Positions 25,287 through 29,655 of a DNA stretch of 29,655 bases are shown here, in pieces. The notes beneath the pieces are model-generated. The model did no database searches. It saw only the letters and a list, made by a program, of their open reading frames with translations, and was not told the DNA's origin. The stretch comes from an uncultured bacterium. Its GTDB lineage: Bacteria > Gemmatimonadota > Gemmatimonadetes > Gemmatimonadales > Gemmatimonadaceae. The position numbers were made by a program, and so were the translations under genes. The first letter of the stretch is position 1; each line of letters opens with the position of its first letter. The DNA lies in the NCBI GenBank assembly GCA_963978095.1, contig CAXBQP010000037.1:1-29655 (forward strand). Direction: 5' to 3'.

Positions 25287-26495
25287 ATGGCGCTCAATGC
25301 CGGATTCGCGGCGGATCTCGCGGGACGGATCTCGCAGCTCAAGGCCGACAAGGTCTACAAGACGCTCAACCACCTCGCGTCGCCGCAGGCGGCGCACGTG
25401 CGGATGGAAGGGCGCGGTGAAGTGCTGATCATGTCGTCCAACAACTACCTCGGGCTGTGCCACGAGCCCAGTGTCGTCCAGGCCGGGATCGATGGCCTGC
25501 AGGCGTATGGAGCGGGCACGGGGAGCGTCCGCTTCATCTGCGGGACGTTCACGGTACACCGCGAACTGGAGACCGCCCTCGCCCGATTCGTCGGTACTCC
25601 GGCCGCGATGTCGTTCGTGTCGGCGTGGAACGCCAACGAGGGACTGACCGCGACGGTGGTGGAAGAGGGTGACTTCGTGGTGTCCGACGCCCTGAACCAC
25701 GCCTCGATCATCGACTCGATCCGTTTGGCCAAGTCGATCACCAAATGCGCGACGGCGGTCTACAAGCACGGGGACCTGGATGACCTGGTGGAGAAGCTCA
25801 AGGCCAATGCGTCGGCCAAGCGCCGCTTGATCTGGACGGATGGGGTCTTCTCGATGGAAGGCAGCGTGGCCAAGCTGCCGCAACTCCTGCAGATCGCGCG
25901 GGACCACGACGCCGTGCTGATCATGGACGACTCGCACGCGACCGGCGTGCTGGGGGCGACCGGGCGTGGCACTGCCGAGCATTTCGGTGTGGTCGGTGAG
26001 GTCGACATCATCACGTCCACGCTCGGGAAGGCCTTGGGTGGCGCGGCAGGGGGATTTGTCGCGGGTGCCGAGGCGTTGTGCGACATGCTGACCCAGCGGT
26101 CGCGCCCGCAGCTGTTCTCCAATGCGCTGCCGCCGACGGTCGCCGCCAGCGCGTTGGCCTCGGTCGAGTTCATCGAGCAGCACCCGGAGCGGGTGCGTCG
26201 TCTGCACGAGAACGCCACGCACTTTCGGGGGGCGTTGAAAGAGGCTGGGCTGAAACCCTTGGATGGTGAGACGCCGATCGTCCCGATCATCGTGGGGGAG
26301 ACGGCCGCGGCGATCCGCATGAGCGACATGCTCCTCAACGAGGGGATCTTCATCACCGGGTTCGGGTTCCCGGTGGTGCCGCACGGCACGGCGCGGCTGC
26401 GGTGCCAGGTATCGGCGGCCCACACGCGCGACGACCTCGATCACGCCGTTCGGGTGATCCGCAGAGTGGCGGAGCAGGTCGGAATCCTGAAGTAA
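25287..26495 (+). CDS. kbl: Glycine C-acetyltransferase (2-amino-3-ketobutyrate CoA ligase)
   Basis: SNNYLGL, SVRFICGT, SDALNHASIID, DGVFSMEG, DDSHA, TLGKALGGA (PLP Lys), QRSRPQLFSN, FPVVPHGTARLRCQ. Confidence 0.95.
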   Translation: MALNAGFAADLAGRISQLKADKVYKTLNHLASPQAAHVRMEGRGEVLIMSSNNYLGLCHEPSVVQAGIDGLQAYGAGTGSVRFICGTFTVHRELETALARFVGTPAAMSFVSAWNANEGLTATVVEEGDFVVSDALNHASIIDSIRLAKSITKCATAVYKHGDLDDLVEKLKANASAKRRLIWTDGVFSMEGSVAKLPQLLQIARDHDAVLIMDDSHATGVLGATGRGTAEHFGVVGEVDIITSTLGKALGGAAGGFVAGAEALCDMLTQRSRPQLFSNALPPTVAASALASVEFIEQHPERVRRLHENATHFRGALKEAGLKPLDGETPIVPIIVGETAAAIRMSDMLLNEGIFITGFGFPVVPHGTARLRCQVSAAHTRDDLDHAVRVIRRVAEQVGILK

Positions 26496-26622
26496 CGGCG
26501 GCTGCGGCGTGACCCGCGTGGCGCGCGCATCGTCCCACTATTGTGAACCGCTGGGCGGCCATCGACGGTCGCCTGGCTCTTCACGTACCCGGGTTGCCGA
26601 CGCCATTCACGCGAGGTTGGAC

Positions 26623-27303
26623 ATGCCATCGATCCGCCGTTGCCTGCTGTCTCTGAGTATGGTCGCGGCCGCGCTGACTCCCGGCCGGGGGGAGGCGCAG
26701 CAGTCACCGCCGCTGGCGCCGCAACCGTGGCAGGATTCCTGGTTCTGGGGCGCCTACGGTGGTGGCACCTCGCTCCGTACCAACGTCGCGCGGGTCACGG
26801 CACCGACCGCGGGCGTCGACTGGTTCATCACTCGTCGGGCGGTCGCGTTGCACCTGTTTGCCGAGCAGGCGACGTTTACGGGCTCGTCGCAGCTCTCCAT
26901 CGCGGGGATGGCTTCCCCTCGCCTGGTATCGATCGCCGACCTGCGCCGCGTGGGATTCGGGGTGACGATGCTCTCGCCCGGCGCGGGGAGCTTCAAGCCG
27001 TATGCTGAGCTCGGATACTCCCTGAATCTGCTGGGCAGCGCGACCGACAGCGTGCGTTCCTACGCGACGACCGCGCAGCGCGATTCCGTGAACAGCGCAA
27101 TCAATGCGGCCAAGTCCTCGGGCAAGCTCTTCGGTTCGGTCGGTGCGATGATCATGGTCGGCCAGTGGGCGCCCTACGCGCAGGCGACGTTGATGCCGAC
27201 CAAGGGGACGGGCAGCAGCCTGATCAACGGCGATGGAGTGGGTTACATCGTCTCGTTGGGGCTGCGGTACAACTTCGGGCGTTCCAGCGACAAGATCTTC
27301 TAG
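26623..27303 (+). CDS. Hypothetical exported protein, probable small outer-membrane beta-barrel
   Basis: GAGGT SD; signal peptide (GEA|Q); amphipathic strands (FKPYAELGYSL, WAPYAQAT, VSLGLRYNFG); C-terminal Phe. Confidence 0.7.
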   Translation: MPSIRRCLLSLSMVAAALTPGRGEAQQSPPLAPQPWQDSWFWGAYGGGTSLRTNVARVTAPTAGVDWFITRRAVALHLFAEQATFTGSSQLSIAGMASPRLVSIADLRRVGFGVTMLSPGAGSFKPYAELGYSLNLLGSATDSVRSYATTAQRDSVNSAINAAKSSGKLFGSVGAMIMVGQWAPYAQATLMPTKGTGSSLINGDGVGYIVSLGLRYNFGRSSDKIF

Positions 27304-27329
27304 CACGTCGCAGGATTTCCCCGAAAAAC

Positions 27330-27365
27330 AACACCGAGCAGGTCGCATGCGACCTGCTCGGTGTT
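27330..27365. terminator. Perfect 36-bp palindrome, bidirectional terminator between convergent genes
   Basis: AACACCGAGCAGGTCGCA|TGCGACCTGCTCGGTGTT with an A-rich left flank and a T-rich right flank. Confidence 0.75.
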
Positions 27366-27407
27366 TCGTTCGGGGCAGCGTCCCCCGATCGGTGGCCTGT
27401 GCCGCGC

Positions 27408-29246
27408 TTACCCCTTCTTGCTCTTCGGTGCGGCCTTCCCCGCCGACTTGGCCTTGGCAGCCGGCTTCGCGGCTGACTTGGCCTTGCTGGCGGGCTTCGC
27501 CGCCGCTTTGGCCTTGGCGGCAGGCTTCGCGTCCCTTGCGGATTCGGCGGCCTTCGACGTCTTCGGCTTCGCCACCGGTGCGGCTTCTGCCACTGGCTCG
27601 ACCTTGGGAGCCGGCGCGTCGTCGACGACACCGATCAGGAGGAAGTCAGGGGGCAGTGCGCCCTTGGCCGGACCACCGCGCCCCGGGCGACCCGGCGCAC
27701 TCCGTGGCCCCATGCCTCGCGGCACGACCGGGGTGTTTGCCGCCTTCTCACGATCGGCGACCGCCTTGAGCGCGGCCTCCTTCTCATTGAGCTGATCGGC
27801 GACACTCGGCACGTTGGCGGCGAGCGCCACCTCAAAGGCATCCCCGCGCTTGCGGAGATCGACCACGTTACCATCGTGGGCATCGCGGAGGATGCGGGCG
27901 AAGTTGCGCTCGCTCAACGACTCGCTGTCGCGGCCGAGGATCGCGAAGGCTTTCTCGCGCACCCGTTCGCTCGGCACCGCATCGTCGCCCGTGACGAGGG
28001 CGGAGACCGCATCTCTGACGAGGGTGAAGGCTTCGTCGCGGGTGAGTCGGATTCCCGTCAGTCCGATGCTGGCGTCGGCCGCGTGCGCCGTCGGCGACGG
28101 ACGCGGGCTGCGTTCTTGCCGCTGTTCGTGCCGAGTTGCGCGGCCTCGTTGCGGTGCGGAGGGACTCGGGGCGTCGGCGACGACCTCGGTCGGCGATGCA
28201 ACCGGGGCCGCTGCAGGCGGAGCGTCCAGCGCCGGGGCCACGACAGCCGCGCGTTCGGCGGTGGATCCCAACGGTGCTTCATCACGATCCCGACGATTGC
28301 GCCCGCGACCGCCGCGACGGCCGCGACGACCACCTCGCCCTTCACGCCCCTCGCGGGCGTCTCGGGAATCGTCACTCTCGGCTCCGGGGGCAGCGTCGCG
28401 CGCGGGAGCAGCGACAGTGACCTTGGCGCCCTTGGCCGGGGCGACTTCCAGCTGACCGTTGTCGAGCTTGTTCACGACCAGCAGCCCCTTCTGGGCGGCC
28501 TCGAGGCAGAACTTGGAGAACTTGGAGAAGTTCAGATCCTTCTCATCGAAGGTGCTGTCGATCTCCTGCATCACCTGCTTGAGCCGGTCGCTGCGCATGA
28601 CATCGCCGTTGCGGACCATGCGGTCGATCGACTCGGTGACGAGCTCCCACGGATCACGCTTCTGTCCGTTGCTCTCCTCACCCGCCTTCACGAGGCCGGC
28701 GAGTGCGTTGTACGAGTAATACTCGTCGCAGTTCTGCACGAGGAGGTCGCTCGACGACTCCCGGATGCCGACGCCGATCACGTACTTTCCGTACTCCTTG
28801 ATCTTCATCACGAGGCTCGAGAAATCCGAGTCCCCCGAGAGGAGGATGAAGGTGCCGATCTCGGGCCGCGTGAAGACGAGCTCCATGGCATCGATCGCGA
28901 GGCGGATGTCGGTGGCGTTCTTCTTGGCCGAGCCGTAGGCCGGTGCCATGATCATGTCGATCGACGACTCGGCGAGGGGCACGATGTACTGTGGATAGCG
29001 ACGCCAATCGGCATACGCGCGCTGTACCGCGACCTTCCCCTTGATGATGTCGGAACCGAGGAGGTTCCGGAGTTCCTGACCGAGGTCGGAACGGATCCCC
29101 ATCGTGACGTTGTCGAAGTCGATCAGGAGGGCGGCGTTCGGGGCATGGACGATGCCGCCGATTCCGCTGTGGGCGACCGCTTGGGGGCCGCGATGCATGG
29201 GTGCGATGGGCGCCCGCACCTGGGGGATGTGTGAATGTCGTGCCAT
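27408..29246 (-). CDS. NYN (LabA/DUF88, PIN-like) domain protein with two OST-HTH/LOTUS-like domains and low-complexity regions
   Basis: ALLIDFDNV, AYADW, KNATDIRLAIDAM, LSGDSDFSSL; LKQVMQEIDSTFDEKDLNFSKFSKF; RGG-rich linker; Lys/Ala/Pro tail. Start at ATG 29246 is likely. Confidence 0.88.
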   Translation of the reverse strand: MARHSHIPQVRAPIAPMHRGPQAVAHSGIGGIVHAPNAALLIDFDNVTMGIRSDLGQELRNLLGSDIIKGKVAVQRAYADWRRYPQYIVPLAESSIDMIMAPAYGSAKKNATDIRLAIDAMELVFTRPEIGTFILLSGDSDFSSLVMKIKEYGKYVIGVGIRESSSDLLVQNCDEYYSYNALAGLVKAGEESNGQKRDPWELVTESIDRMVRNGDVMRSDRLKQVMQEIDSTFDEKDLNFSKFSKFCLEAAQKGLLVVNKLDNGQLEVAPAKGAKVTVAAPARDAAPGAESDDSRDAREGREGRGGRRGRRGGRGRNRRDRDEAPLGSTAERAAVVAPALDAPPAAAPVASPTEVVADAPSPSAPQRGRATRHEQRQERSPRPSPTAHAADASIGLTGIRLTRDEAFTLVRDAVSALVTGDDAVPSERVREKAFAILGRDSESLSERNFARILRDAHDGNVVDLRKRGDAFEVALAANVPSVADQLNEKEAALKAVADREKAANTPVVPRGMGPRSAPGRPGRGGPAKGALPPDFLLIGVVDDAPAPKVEPVAEAAPVAKPKTSKAAESARDAKPAAKAKAAAKPASKAKSAAKPAAKAKSAGKAAPKSKKG

Positions 29247-29655
29247 GTCGGTCAATGTGTCTCCGGCTGTTCGCCGATGCGGGAGCATACGACGCGTCCA
29301 CGGGCTTCCGGCCCGAAGGTCTGCGCGATGCGGCAGCTCCCAAATGTGTGTGAGGGGGCGAGCGCGCCCATCCGGTGGTCCGGCATGCTTCTCATGGGCC
29401 CGGTGGTGATGCACCTGAGCTACCCACGAGGGCCGGACGACGCTTGGTGGCGCGGACGCCGAGTCCCTCGCGGTGTCCCCGAGGCGCCGGACGTACCGAT
29501 GGTCGGGGCCTTTGGCCCGGCACGATCATCGATGCGCTCGGCGCTTCGTGCAATGGAATCTAATGAGGGGCGGGGGGTTTGTCATCTCGACGGGGGTCCG
29601 GCCCGTCCCTATGTTCCTAATACGAAACCCTTCCCGTCCCAGGGCCGTAGAGACC

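Noticed and set aside
29560..29655. Possible promoter or structured leader at the window end
   Set aside because: Truncated by the window edge; no recognisable RNA family or downstream gene to support a call.

Overview
High-GC bacterial chromosomal window; gene content (SusC/SusD pair in a GC-rich genome, rho-ruvX-mltG, aroH, tdh-kbl) suggests Gemmatimonadota (inference). The first ~890 bp are the AT-rich right end of an integrated island: a partial hexapeptide sugar N-acetyltransferase, then tandem arm-type-like repeats and a 25-bp tRNA-Pro 3' fragment. Next come a lipoprotein, a SusC/SusD/DUF4397 importer and a translationally coupled five-gene operon (7893-15473). The operon encodes an ILVBL/HACL2-like TPP enzyme, three exported proteins that each carry a cohesin-like domain (two are lipoproteins, one with an invasin-like Ig stalk) and a large Asp-box beta-propeller with a C-terminal dockerin. 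This candidate cohesin-dockerin surface-display system without recognisable cellulases is the top finding. The rest is mostly housekeeping: tRNA-Arg(CCG), rho, ruvX, mltG, aroH, an RlmI-like methylase, an Fpg/Nei glycosylase, a CDF transporter, a TehB-like protein, tdh, kbl, a small OM barrel and an NYN-LOTUS protein. It also holds two overlooked small genes: a 60-aa ORF behind a sigma54-like promoter and a 22-aa Lys/Ala peptide absent from the ORF track. All domain calls are by-eye motif recognition; no searches were run.
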